A program made the position numbers and the translations under genes. From Clostridia bacterium (lineage in GTDB: Bacteria > CBDUZB01 > JAGLHV01), in NCBI GenBank assembly GCA_030637025.1, contig DAOVVV010000014.1, positions 1 to 59,416 of the forward strand: DNA of 59,416 bases, given 5' to 3'. Positions 19,404 through 28,949 of this stretch are shown in pieces (positions within the stretch are counted from its first letter, which is position 1; the number at the start of each line of letters is the position of its first letter). Below the pieces are notes generated by a model, which made no database searches, had not been told where the DNA came from, and saw nothing but the letters and a program-made list of their open reading frames with translations.

Positions 19404-20438
19404 TTATTCCTTAAAACCAAGATGACTTTTTGATTTTGCACTATCAATATCTTTTTTTGATAAATCCAAATATTTTAAAAATGTTTCTAAAGATTCTAAT
19501 TTTTCGCTATATTCTTCTTCTTTAGCTTTTTTTAATGCTTCTTCTTTGGTCATTTGACCTGCTCTTATCATTGCACTATATTTGGTGGTTTTTTCCCCAA
19601 AGCCCCATTTTTGGACTACCAGATAATTTTTCATAGGGGCAAATAAACAATCGATATGGTCGGTAGAGCCATCTTCCCGTGCCTGCCAATGAAGTTCTTT
19701 AGTTATGGTCCCTTTAATTTCACTATCTACCCAGGAAATATAATCAGGTAATGAAATCTGTTTTCTGTATCTTTTTAATGTAAAATGCTTGAGTCTTCTG
19801 ACAATTTTTTGCCAGTTAGTTTCCGGTAAAAAATCTTTTGCTTCTTCAGGACTTATCAAATTTCCTGCTATTCTTTTGAAAAGATTACTATTATAAGAAT
19901 ATATCTTCGCTCCCCGTGATTCTATCTGAGCAGAAAACCCGGAAACGATTAAAGGAACATCGTACTGTTCAGCCACCCTATGCACAGTTGCCCATATTCC
20001 CATATCACAAGCAAAACAAAATTGACCGGTTTTTAATAAAAATTCACGATACAATTTCTTCATTAATTTCCAGTTTGGTCCGTAACAAACATACCCCACA
20101 TCGGTTTTCTTAACTATATTATCAATGTTTTTTATTGCTGAAGGAGTACGCAATCCGTTATTAAAATTAACTGCTAAAACTTTAAGTTTATATTTTTCTT
20201 TACACAAATAAAGGGTATAGGAACTGTCTTTCCCCCCGCTAAAAGGAACAATACAATCATATCGTTTGTTTTGTTTTTTAGCCCAATTAATAATATTATC
20301 TAATTCCACCTCAAGTTTTTTATAATCTTTATTAAGATACTTTTCCTCATATTCCTTACACTTATTACAAACACCGTTCTTATCAAAAGTAATATCAGGG
20401 TAAGTTTCCGGTAATATACATCTTGTGCAACGGTTCAT
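19404..20438 (-). CDS. N-acetyl sugar amidotransferase (WbpG-like PP-loop protein)
   Basis: CTRCILPETYPDITFD..GVCNKC, YDCIVPFSGGKDS. Confidence 0.8.
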   Translation of the reverse strand: MNRCTRCILPETYPDITFDKNGVCNKCKEYEEKYLNKDYKKLEVELDNIINWAKKQNKRYDCIVPFSGGKDSSYTLYLCKEKYKLKVLAVNFNNGLRTPSAIKNIDNIVKKTDVGYVCYGPNWKLMKKLYREFLLKTGQFCFACDMGIWATVHRVAEQYDVPLIVSGFSAQIESRGAKIYSYNSNLFKRIAGNLISPEEAKDFLPETNWQKIVRRLKHFTLKRYRKQISLPDYISWVDSEIKGTITKELHWQAREDGSTDHIDCLFAPMKNYLVVQKWGFGEKTTKYSAMIRAGQMTKEEALKKAKEEEYSEKLESLETFLKYLDLSKKDIDSAKSKSHLGFKE

Positions 20439-20456
20439 AAATTCCTCCTAGAATTT

Positions 20457-20550
20457 ATAGTCCATAGTCCACAGTCGATAGTCCATAGACAAAGACAAAA
20501 ATAAAGTCAAAATTCAAAACAAAAGATAAAAAACTACAGACAAAGAATAT
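20457..20550. repeat. AGTCCAT heptamer module plus A-rich linker, downstream of four-helix-bundle gene 2
   Basis: Exact 31-mer AGTCCATAGTCCACAGTCGATAGTCCATAGA at 20459, 23923, 25602 and (reverse complement) 4103. Confidence 0.9.
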
Positions 20551-20573
20551 GGAGCAAACTGATAATTTAAAGA

Positions 20574-20927
20574 TTATTTAAGTGAATTACGCAATCCTTG
20601 AAGCATTTTAATAATCTCTTGAAGTTCATTATACAATTTTTTAAACTTATTTTCATTAATTATCTTTCGCTTTTTACTTAAATAAAGACAAGAAACAACT
20701 TCAATTGCTGACCTAATAGCATAACCAATAAATAGTCTAAACTCCGCATTTGTCTGACCAGTTGACCCTTCTGCAACATTTAAAGCAATTGAATCCGCTG
20801 CTCGCTTAATTTGCGAAGTCATAATATACAACTCTTCTTTAGGAAAATCTCTGGTTAATTCATGAATTTGAAAACTAAATTCTACAGATTTTCTCCACAC
20901 TTCTAACTTCTCAAACTTAAAGGCCAT
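20574..20927 (-). CDS. Four-helix-bundle protein (IVS / Avd-like), second paralogue
   Basis: FKFEKLEVWRKS, FPKEELY, SQIKRAADSIALNVAEGS, AIRSAIE. Confidence 0.9.
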   Translation of the reverse strand: MAFKFEKLEVWRKSVEFSFQIHELTRDFPKEELYIMTSQIKRAADSIALNVAEGSTGQTNAEFRLFIGYAIRSAIEVVSCLYLSKKRKIINENKFKKLYNELQEIIKMLQGLRNSLK

Positions 20928-20958
20928 TATTTAATCCTTCACTATTATATATTGTAGA

Positions 20959-21308
20959 TTATATGAATTTCTTTAATATTTTCTTTATTTTTATCTTCAT
21001 ATAAATAATGTTGACATAGAGGTTGTTTTTTATGTTCTTGTTTATTATAGTCACTTTTAGGGTTTTTTTGGCTGTTTTAGTCCATTTTGATTTGTAGAAT
21101 TCATTTTATCTTAAATAATGAAATTCGTGTAATCCTTCTTTTATACTATCCTTTATACTATCCTTGAATGTCTAATCGAAAAAGCATTACCCAAACCCTG
21201 CTTTTGCCAATCGGAATTAAAACCGGGTTGGGAATAAACCAATCTATCTTTATATTTAAAGGCATAAAGACAAGCTATTAATTCCTCAACATTGTACCTA
21301 ATAAAATA
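20959..21308 (-). pseudogene. 5'-truncated, frameshifted GNAT acetyltransferase (CelD/BcsL-like)
   Basis: EELIACLYAFKYKDRLVYSQPGFNSDWQKQGLG, frameshift, then DSIKEGLHEFHYLR*NEFYKSKWT; 12-bp tandem duplication at 21140-21163. Confidence 0.75.
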
Positions 21309-21311
21309 TTA

Positions 21312-22445
21312 CTACCGCAATAATAAGACATCGTACAACTTTTCTGTGTTTTCGGTCATTTTTTTTAAAGAAAAAAACTTTTCAATTCTTTTTCGGCCTG
21401 CCTGTCCCATTTTTTGAGCTAACTCTTTATTCTTTAGTAAACGCAGCATTGCCTTAGCTAACATTTCCGAATTAGCCGGTGGAACCAATATCCCTGTCTC
21501 ATTATCAACGACAACCTCCGGATTTCCTCCTACATTAGTAGCAACTACAGATTTACCTGCAGCCATAGACTCTAATATAGTATTGGAAAATCCTTCACTT
21601 AAAGAGGATAACACTGATATATCCATCACAGAAAGAAGTTCCGGAATATCAGAACGCTCACCGGTAAAAACAACATTGTCGGTAATTCTTAATTTTTTAG
21701 CTACTTCTAATGGATTATCTTTTCCCACATTTTTAAAAATATAACCAACGATTAAAAATTGCACCTCCGGTATTTCTTTTAAAACAATGGAAGCTGCCTC
21801 TAAAAAATACTTATGGCCTTTTATAGGGCGTAACCCGGCAATAATACCTACAACCGGGGCAATAGATTTAAATCCTAATTCTTTTTTTATACCCAAAATG
21901 TCTTGTTTTTTTGAAAATTTATTAATTTCTACACCGTTATAAATAGTATTTATTTTCTTGGGTAATATATTTTGTTTCTCAATGAGAATATTTTTTACTG
22001 CCTCTGAAACCGTAATTATTTTGTCAAATATAAAATTATTTATTAGTTTATAGAAAAAAATATGTCTTTTTTTTAATTTATAGCCCATATCTCTTCTGCT
22101 GGAAATGATAACCGGAACACCGGATAACTTAGCAATTATTCCACCCCAAAAATCAGAACCTTCATGATAAGTTACTACTATTTTAACTTTTTCTTTTTTT
22201 ATGAATTTTATTAATTTAATGCCTTCTCTTAATGCTTTGAACCCATAGATTTTTTTTACGCCTAAATCTTTAGTTGATATATCTTTTTGTCTCAGAATAT
22301 GTATTACTTTTCCCGAAGTTAAAATATACACTATTGGTTTATATTTTTTTTTATCCAACAGGGTAACAACTTCGTAAAGGTTTTTTTCCGCTCCTGCAAG
22401 ATTGGTAAAAGTGTCCATTATATATAAAATTGTGGTTTTTTTCAT
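21312..22445 (-). CDS. Glycosyltransferase family 4
   Basis: AGAEK, IYNGV, IKGHKYF, SEGFSNTILESMA. Confidence 0.9.
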   Translation of the reverse strand: MKKTTILYIMDTFTNLAGAEKNLYEVVTLLDKKKYKPIVYILTSGKVIHILRQKDISTKDLGVKKIYGFKALREGIKLIKFIKKEKVKIVVTYHEGSDFWGGIIAKLSGVPVIISSRRDMGYKLKKRHIFFYKLINNFIFDKIITVSEAVKNILIEKQNILPKKINTIYNGVEINKFSKKQDILGIKKELGFKSIAPVVGIIAGLRPIKGHKYFLEAASIVLKEIPEVQFLIVGYIFKNVGKDNPLEVAKKLRITDNVVFTGERSDIPELLSVMDISVLSSLSEGFSNTILESMAAGKSVVATNVGGNPEVVVDNETGILVPPANSEMLAKAMLRLLKNKELAQKMGQAGRKRIEKFFSLKKMTENTEKLYDVLLLR

Positions 22446-22473
22446 AAGTTTAACCGGGTAAAAGAATTAAACA

Positions 22474-22820
22474 ACAGTCCATAGTCCATAGACAGAAACT
22501 ACAGTTATGAGTTAATAGTTATAAGTTATAAGTTATGAGTTAAAAACAAAAACAGATTTAGTCCATAGTCGACAGTCCATAGTCCATAGACAGAAACTAC
22601 AGTTATGAGTTAATAGTTATAAGTTATGAATTAAAGAAATAAAAAACAAATACTAAATTCAAAATAAAAAAATAACTACTAGATTCCTGCTTCCGCAGGA
22701 ATGACAGACTAAAAACAAAAACTACCCTCCCTTACCTTAATCCTTCCTCCTTATCCGCTTGAGGCGGAGCGGACAGGAATTTTTTTTAAATTCCTGGATT
22801 CCTGCTTCCGCAGGAATGAC
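22474..22820. repeat. Mosaic repeat block: heptamer modules, 117-bp inverted-repeat arm, two GATTCCTGC..GCAGGAATGAC palindromes, a TCCGC..GGCGGA element
   Basis: Internal duplication 22474-22528 / 22573-22627; palindromes at 22682-22705 and 22797-22820. Confidence 0.9.
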
Positions 22821-22920
22821 AATACACAGTTTAATAAGTATACTAAAGTAAATTATTTAATAATTTAATTGTTGGAACGGTCAGGAATGATTAGGTTGGT
22901 GAGATTTTATCACTAATATT

Positions 22921-23895
22921 TTATTCTGTACCAAATTTAAAAGTAAGTGCTACTCTGTGAGTAACACCTAAATCACCGTAATCTACAAAAGCATAATCAA
23001 AATTTACTTCTGCTACAGGCATAAAAGCAATGTCGACTTCTTTTAAACCAATACCCAGTCCCATACTTATTCCATTGCCTATATCGTTGTCTGAATCATA
23101 TCCTAACCTTAACTTAAATACCTTATCTATCTTCCATTCAGCTCCTATATTAGTATAATAATTACTATATTTAGGTTTATTAAAATCTGCGGCTAATAAA
23201 AATTTATCCTCTAAAATTCTGCCGGCAATACCCAATTTAATATTAAATGGCAGGGAATCTTCCTGGCTCAAAAATTTATAGCTATTACCCATATTTTGTA
23301 ATGTAATTCCTAAACTTATCCCTTCCCTCCGGGGATAATAAAGCAAACCTGCATCAAAAGCATAAGTTTCACCATTTTCATTTTGTATTTCCTGTTTTAT
23401 ATGTTTACCAGTTACACCGAAAAAAGTATCTTTTATGATTTTTTTCCCGTAAGAAAGAACAATTATTCTATCCTTTACGGTAAAATCAGAAGTTCTATTT
23501 CCCCATATATCCCGGCCGGGAATATCTCCTGAATTCAAAAGAATTAAACTTAATCCCAAAGCTCCCATTTCATCAACATTAGAAGCTCTCACTCCCCTCA
23601 ACGGATAAACAATATTTATAAAATTATAGTTTAAATCTTGCAGCCATTGATATTGGCCGGGACTAACTTCTATTTTCCATAATTGTCCTAAACCTGCCGG
23701 ATTCCAGGAAATAGCATTATTATCGTCGGCTACGGCACAAAAAGCCCCTCCCATACCTGCTGCCCGCACTCCCATTCCTATTTCCAGGGATTGAGCACCG
23801 GAAGTACCTGCACGATAATGAGTAGACCAACCGTAAGAACAAAAAGTGAGAATAATTATTAGGGTGCTAATTAAAAGATATACTTGTTTTTTCAT
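22921..23895 (-). CDS. PorV/PorQ-like outer-membrane beta-barrel
   Basis: GVRAAGMGGAFCAVADD..WNPAGL; C-terminal DYAFVDYGDLGVTHRVALTFKF; start moved to ATG 23895 (SD GGAG) because the track's extension is repeat DNA. Confidence 0.85.
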   Translation of the reverse strand: MKKQVYLLISTLIIILTFCSYGWSTHYRAGTSGAQSLEIGMGVRAAGMGGAFCAVADDNNAISWNPAGLGQLWKIEVSPGQYQWLQDLNYNFINIVYPLRGVRASNVDEMGALGLSLILLNSGDIPGRDIWGNRTSDFTVKDRIIVLSYGKKIIKDTFFGVTGKHIKQEIQNENGETYAFDAGLLYYPRREGISLGITLQNMGNSYKFLSQEDSLPFNIKLGIAGRILEDKFLLAADFNKPKYSNYYTNIGAEWKIDKVFKLRLGYDSDNDIGNGISMGLGIGLKEVDIAFMPVAEVNFDYAFVDYGDLGVTHRVALTFKFGTE

Positions 23896-23921
23896 TGTTT
23901 TCTCCAACTTAATATGAAAAT

Positions 23922-24003
23922 TAGTCCATAGTCCACAGTCGATAGTCCATAGACAAAGACAAAGCAACTAAAAACTTATAAGCAGAGCAAGCTCTGCGAC
24001 TAC
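23922..24003. repeat. AGTCCAT module followed by a GTAG-type REP-like hairpin
   Basis: 31-mer at 23923-23953; GCAGAGCAAGCTCTGCGACTAC ending at 24003. Confidence 0.8.
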
Positions 24004-24033
24004 AAGTTTAGAAAAACATCTTACAAAAAATAA

Positions 24034-24399
24034 TTACCGGATGATTACTATTTTTCCGGTGGCTTTTTCACCTTTTAAATTCGTAATTAAATAAAGATAT
24101 ATTCCACTGCCTACTTTTTCTTCTGAATTATTGGTCACATCCCAAGCAACCATACCACTAGTATTATCAGTTATACTTTCATCGGTGATTAATTTGCCTT
24201 TTAGATTGTAAATTTTTATGGTTACCTCTTCGGTTAAATGGCTAAAAATCACCTGGTTATGGCCTTTACTTAAAATACAGGGGTTAGGATAAACAATTAC
24301 ATTGTTTAAATTATCAGCTACTCCCTGGGAAAATAAGAAATTCGCTCCTAATAATGTGATTAAACAAATAGAAAAAATTAATAATGAAATTTTTTTCAT
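24034..24399 (-). CDS. Signal peptide plus a stand-alone T9SS-like C-terminal domain
   Basis: NVIVYPNP..IKIYNLKGKLI..WDVTN..GSGIYLYLI..GKIVIIR begins right after the signal peptide. Confidence 0.8.
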   Translation of the reverse strand: MKKISLLIFSICLITLLGANFLFSQGVADNLNNVIVYPNPCILSKGHNQVIFSHLTEEVTIKIYNLKGKLITDESITDNTSGMVAWDVTNNSEEKVGSGIYLYLITNLKGEKATGKIVIIR

Positions 24400-24418
24400 G
24401 ATTCCTCCGAAAAAAAAT

Positions 24419-24760
24419 TAAATTTCAAACTTCAAATTTCAAAATCCAAAATTTTAAAAAAAAACAACTAATAACTATCCACGGGCGTCATGAATGTCGC
24501 CCCTACAATTCTAAATCCAAAATTCAAAGCAAAAAAACAACTACTGGATTCCTGCTTCCGCAGGAATGACAGAATTTAAAACCAAGAATGACCCGCCTTA
24601 CTGACTGGAGGACAGGCAAATTCAAAATACAAAATTCTAAATTCAAAAGAAAACCTGATAAATCAGGCAACTACAAACTGAAAAACAACTATAGATTCCT
24701 GCTTCCGCAGGAATGACAGGCAAATAAAAACTTATAGGCAGGCTAAGAGCCTGCAGCTAC
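24419..24760. repeat. Mosaic block of REP-like palindromes and AAATT(C/T) heptamers
   Basis: GTAG-type hairpins at 24481-24506, 24654-24674, 24738-24760; GATTCCTGC palindromes at 24547-24570 and 24694-24717. Confidence 0.85.
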
Positions 24761-24773
24761 CTAATGCCTTTGT

Positions 24774-25547
24774 CTATTTATAATAATAATCGTCGGTGTA
24801 TTCCAGGGGTTTATAAAAATATCTAGGAACATAATGTTCCACCTGAGTAAAAATAAACCCTAGCATGTTTGCATGCACCTGTCTCAATAAATCCTGAGCG
24901 TGTAAAACATGTGCTCTTTGAATATGATTTGCCCTTACTACCATTATTACACCATCCACAAGATGAGCTAAAATATGAGTATCAGTCACCGGTAAAACAG
25001 GAGGTGCATCGATAATTATCACGTCATACTTTGATTTTAATAGTTCCAGTAAATTTTTCATTCTCCCTGAAGACAATAACTCACTGGGATTGGGTGGATT
25101 ATCCCCATGGGTTATTATATCTAAATTTGATATCTTGTTTTTTTGAATAATCATATCTAAAAGAACTTCTCCGGAAAGAATTTCCGACAACCCGGGTAAC
25201 TGTTTTAATCCCATTAGTTGATGTACCGTTCCTTTTCGCATATCACAATCCAACAGGCATATTTTTTTTTCTTCGTCTCTTTTAGCCATAACAATAGCTA
25301 AATTTACCGCAGTAACTGATTTTCCTTCTTTATGAGCGGTACTGGTCACTACTAATGTTTTAAGCGGTGTTTCAGGGTTTATCTGACGAATATGGGTGCG
25401 GATAATGCGATATTGTTCCGCTAGTATTGACTCCGGGTCATAATAAGTAACTATTTCCGGAGCAATACCCGAACCGTCCGTTCTTTGGGCAACATATAAT
25501 CCTAATAAATCATCTGTTGTGGTTTTTTTCTTGGTTTTTTTAAACAT
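24774..25547 (-). CDS. CpsD/CapB-family BY tyrosine kinase (split Wzc catalytic subunit)
   Basis: EQYRIIRT, Walker A EGKS, DCDMRK, IIIDAPP, C-terminal Tyr cluster YTDDYYYK. Confidence 0.9.
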   Translation of the reverse strand: MFKKTKKKTTTDDLLGLYVAQRTDGSGIAPEIVTYYDPESILAEQYRIIRTHIRQINPETPLKTLVVTSTAHKEGKSVTAVNLAIVMAKRDEEKKICLLDCDMRKGTVHQLMGLKQLPGLSEILSGEVLLDMIIQKNKISNLDIITHGDNPPNPSELLSSGRMKNLLELLKSKYDVIIIDAPPVLPVTDTHILAHLVDGVIMVVRANHIQRAHVLHAQDLLRQVHANMLGFIFTQVEHYVPRYFYKPLEYTDDYYYK

Positions 25548-25600
25548 TTTTTTTACCTTTAATCCAAAAATAAATACTCAATTCTAAACAAAAACAAATT

Positions 25601-25926
25601 TAGTCCATAGTCCACAGTCGATAGTCCATAGATAGAGACAAAGAATAAATAATAACTAAATTCAAAATCTAAAATTCTAAATTCAAAACAAAGACAACTA
25701 CTGGATTCCTGCTTCCGCAGGAATGACCCGCCTTATCCGCCTAAGGCGGAGCGGACACTCGCTTTGCTCCTGAAAAATAACTTATTCGCAGGCTGAAGCC
25801 TGCGGCTACCTAAAAACATTCTATCCGATGGAATGACAAAATATTTTAAATCAACAAAACTAATTTAAAAAACACAATAGATTCCTGCTTTCGCAGGAAT
25901 GACAGAATTTAAAACATGGAATGACA
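25601..25926. repeat. Mosaic repeat block
   Basis: 31-mer at 25602; palindromes at 25704-25727 and 25880-25903; TCCGCCTAAGGCGGA; GTAG-type hairpin at 25787-25809. Confidence 0.85.
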
Positions 25927-25935
25927 GAGTTTCTT

Positions 25936-27291
25936 TTATCTGCTTTTTTTATAATCTTTGGCTATGATTATTTTTGAAGTTACCCCTAAATAGGGGATTT
26001 TTAAAACTTCTTTTACTTCTTCAATTTTTCTAAAGGAATGGTCCATATAATCAAATAAAAAAACCAGTCCTCCCCCGCTCATTGTTCCTAAAAATAAACC
26101 CAATAAAGCAATTTTTTTCTTATTGGGTTTTATCGGTTTTAAAGGTAACCTTGCCGGCTCTATTATCCTGAATTTCTTTCCTTTTTCCGCTTCTTCTAAT
26201 TTTTTGGAAATACGGGCAGTTTCTAATCTTTGCAAGAGTGTTCCATAAATTTTTTCACTTACCCGGGAATCCCTATCCAAAGCGGATAATTCTGCGGCGG
26301 TCACACTTCCTTTTTTGTATTTAGATGCACCATATTTTCTTATATCTCTTATCTGCCGTTTCAACCCATTTCTAGTTAATTCTAATTCTTTAAGTTTTTG
26401 TTTTAAACTTTGATAAATAGGATTCCTCTCTGAAGTTTCACTACTTACTACGGTTTTTTCCATTTCAGAATCTATCTTTTCCCTGATGGTTTTAATCTCT
26501 TCGTTCAACTCTATCACTAAGGGATGATCTTCTTTAGCATCTATTAACAATTGGGTTAATTGTGCCTGTGATTGAGCCAATCGCCCAGTTAATTGGCGTA
26601 CCAGTGGATTTTGCTCCCTCTTTACCTCGGAAACAATTGTTTCATTATGCTGAGCAAGTTGTTCTTCTATTATTTTATACTCTTTATTAACTTCGTCTAA
26701 TTCCGCCTTAATTTTGTATTCACTCAATTTTTTCTCCGATTTTTCCAGGTCTTTACCGTAAACTTTTAATTGGTCCTGAATAAAATTAATCGCACTTTCT
26801 ACCCCTTCGCTTTTAAAATGCACATTCTCATCGATAAAAATTTGAGTAATATTGTCGGTTATTTTTTTTACCAGATAAGGGTCTTCTCCTTCATAAGAGA
26901 CATAAATTAAATTTTTCAACCTCATCTTTACATTAATGCGTTTCCTAAAACTTAGAAGAAATTTCTCAAATTCCAATTGGGTTTTAATATCTTTAGTTAA
27001 TTTTAATTTAGCTACCAATTCGGCCAGACGGGGCCAGGTCAAAATACGGGCAGTTAAAGTATTTATCTGAGTTCCCATTTTAGGAGAAATGGCTAAATTC
27101 TTTACCAGGGGATCAATAATCCCTTCTGATTCTAATAAAATAATACTGGTAGCTTCGTATTGTTTGGGTAAAAAGAAAATAGAGATGATAAAACCGGTAA
27201 AAACAAGCATAAAAGGAACAATAAAAAGCCATTTCCTGCGGAAAAAAACCTCTAAATATTCTCTTACATCCATTTGAGTGTTTTGTTGCAT
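25936..27291 (-). CDS. Polysaccharide co-polymerase / chain-length determinant (GumC / Wzc N-terminal part)
   Basis: REYLEVFFRRKW, LPKQYEATS, coiled coil, DHPLV, IIEPARLPLKPIKPN plus TM. Confidence 0.9.
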   Translation of the reverse strand: MQQNTQMDVREYLEVFFRRKWLFIVPFMLVFTGFIISIFFLPKQYEATSIILLESEGIIDPLVKNLAISPKMGTQINTLTARILTWPRLAELVAKLKLTKDIKTQLEFEKFLLSFRKRINVKMRLKNLIYVSYEGEDPYLVKKITDNITQIFIDENVHFKSEGVESAINFIQDQLKVYGKDLEKSEKKLSEYKIKAELDEVNKEYKIIEEQLAQHNETIVSEVKREQNPLVRQLTGRLAQSQAQLTQLLIDAKEDHPLVIELNEEIKTIREKIDSEMEKTVVSSETSERNPIYQSLKQKLKELELTRNGLKRQIRDIRKYGASKYKKGSVTAAELSALDRDSRVSEKIYGTLLQRLETARISKKLEEAEKGKKFRIIEPARLPLKPIKPNKKKIALLGLFLGTMSGGGLVFLFDYMDHSFRKIEEVKEVLKIPYLGVTSKIIIAKDYKKSR

Positions 27292-28908
27292 TTATTCTTC
27301 CTTGGGTAATAAAGAGCCCTCATCAATGGGTTGAGCCAGAGCCCGGGTTTTATAGAAAGGATCAAGCAAATGAGCCAGGGAACTGGATATCTTACCTAAA
27401 AGAGTCAAAGGCACATAAACTATATCCCCCGGTTCCAAATTTATATTATTTTTTAGTTCACCTTTATATAATAATTTGTATAAATTTACTACTTTATAAG
27501 GAGGATTTTCTTCATTACGGGATTTAATAATATACACCCGCCACAAAGCAGCTAAATTAGTAGGCAGTCCTGCCTGAAAAATAACTTCTCTTAAAGTTAA
27601 TTTTTCTCCTTCGATATAATATTTTCCCGGACGATTTACTTGACCAAGGACATATACTACTTTACTTCTGTATTCAGTAATTACCACACTCACTTTAGGT
27701 CTTCCAATATAAGAAAGCAAATCCTTTTCCAGAGCATTAGCTACTTCCTGCCTGGTCATCCCTTCTACCCCCATTTCTCCTAATAAGGGAATAACAATAT
27801 TTCCGTAGGGATCTACTTTGGCAGCGGTACTAAATTCCGGGTGTTTTCTCACCAAAACTTCCACTTCATCATCCGGACCGAGAAGATAGGGAACCACCTC
27901 TTCTGTTTCTTTTTCTTCGTAAGTTTCGTCCCATGATAAATCTCTATCTTTACCTATTCTTGCTCCCAGTGAAAACCAATGAGTTAGGTCGTTTTCTTCT
28001 GAATCAAAAGGATATTCAAAGGTATAGTCAAGATGTAAATCTATATTTTTATAAAATAGTTTACCCAGGCTAATGCCTATTGCCCCGGTATCTAAGTTTA
28101 TCCCGCTTCTTAATCCTATTTTTTTATCCAAAAACCATATTTCACCACCGATATTGACCTGCCATTCATCTTCCTGCCGGGATAAATCCAGAGCTAAAAT
28201 TTTGTCCTCATCTACCTGCCAGGCAGCACCTATTCCTAATTTCAAGGCTATCTCTTCCTCTGTCTCCAGCTCTATAGTAGGCTGGGTTAAGTTTTTTACA
28301 CTCATTCCCAGAGATAACCGGCCTGTAGGTTTACATAATATTCCCCAGTCTGCTGTTATTGCTGTTTCTTTTTCCCGGGAGTCAAATAATAATAAATCCA
28401 GGGAATCTTTTTCTGCTGTTTTTGGTATATAATTAAGGGATTTTAGACTAAATCCTGTATAAATAGTATCTCTATCCAAAAGAGTAATAAAGGCTTCTAA
28501 ATCTACCCCATAATTTAATATAAAAGTATCCTCTCGATGTAAATCAGAAAAGTCAACCCCTGTCCACCCTATTCCTATTGTTCCCAGATTTTTTCCTAAG
28601 GGTTGCACAAAAGCAACATAATTTAACTTTAAATCCGGCCGATTATCCGTAACAGCAGGCTGAGCATACATAAGATTTATTTGCGTATCTTCTATTTGGG
28701 CCACCCCTGCCGGATTCCACAAAAGAGCACTGGTATCATCAGCTACGGCAATAAATGCCCCTCCCATTCCTGTTGGGCGGGCAGCACCTATCTCTTTAAA
28801 AAAAGCATAAGCAGGAATAATTGACATTAAGTAAAAACTAATTGCTATAACTATTCCTGAAGGAAAAAATTTAATTATTCTTTTAACGCGTAGTATTTTA
28901 GCTTTCAT
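27292..28908 (-). CDS. Fusion of a PorV-like beta-barrel and a Wza-type polysaccharide export domain (Poly_export + SLBB)
   Basis: N-half ARPTGMGGAFIAVADD..WNPAG; C-half YLLGPDDEVEV, VDPYGNIVIPLLG, VYVLGQVNRPG, LEPGDIVYVP. Confidence 0.85.
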   Translation of the reverse strand: MKAKILRVKRIIKFFPSGIVIAISFYLMSIIPAYAFFKEIGAARPTGMGGAFIAVADDTSALLWNPAGVAQIEDTQINLMYAQPAVTDNRPDLKLNYVAFVQPLGKNLGTIGIGWTGVDFSDLHREDTFILNYGVDLEAFITLLDRDTIYTGFSLKSLNYIPKTAEKDSLDLLLFDSREKETAITADWGILCKPTGRLSLGMSVKNLTQPTIELETEEEIALKLGIGAAWQVDEDKILALDLSRQEDEWQVNIGGEIWFLDKKIGLRSGINLDTGAIGISLGKLFYKNIDLHLDYTFEYPFDSEENDLTHWFSLGARIGKDRDLSWDETYEEKETEEVVPYLLGPDDEVEVLVRKHPEFSTAAKVDPYGNIVIPLLGEMGVEGMTRQEVANALEKDLLSYIGRPKVSVVITEYRSKVVYVLGQVNRPGKYYIEGEKLTLREVIFQAGLPTNLAALWRVYIIKSRNEENPPYKVVNLYKLLYKGELKNNINLEPGDIVYVPLTLLGKISSSLAHLLDPFYKTRALAQPIDEGSLLPKEE

Positions 28909-28949
28909 ATATCCGTTATCCGTCCTTTTTTAAATCCATGATTATAGAC

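Noticed and set aside
11775-20927. Diversity-generating retroelement or rRNA intervening sequence
   Set aside because: No reverse transcriptase, no TR/VR pair differing at adenines, and no rRNA in the window
23896-23967. N-terminal extension MLCLCLWTIDCGLWT of the PorV-like ORF
   Set aside because: It is a translation of the heptamer module; SD and signal peptide fit ATG 23895
22474-25926. CRISPR array from the recurring 24-bp GATTCCTGCTTCCGCAGGAATGAC
   Set aside because: Irregular spacing, intervening DNA made of other repeats or whole genes, and no cas genes
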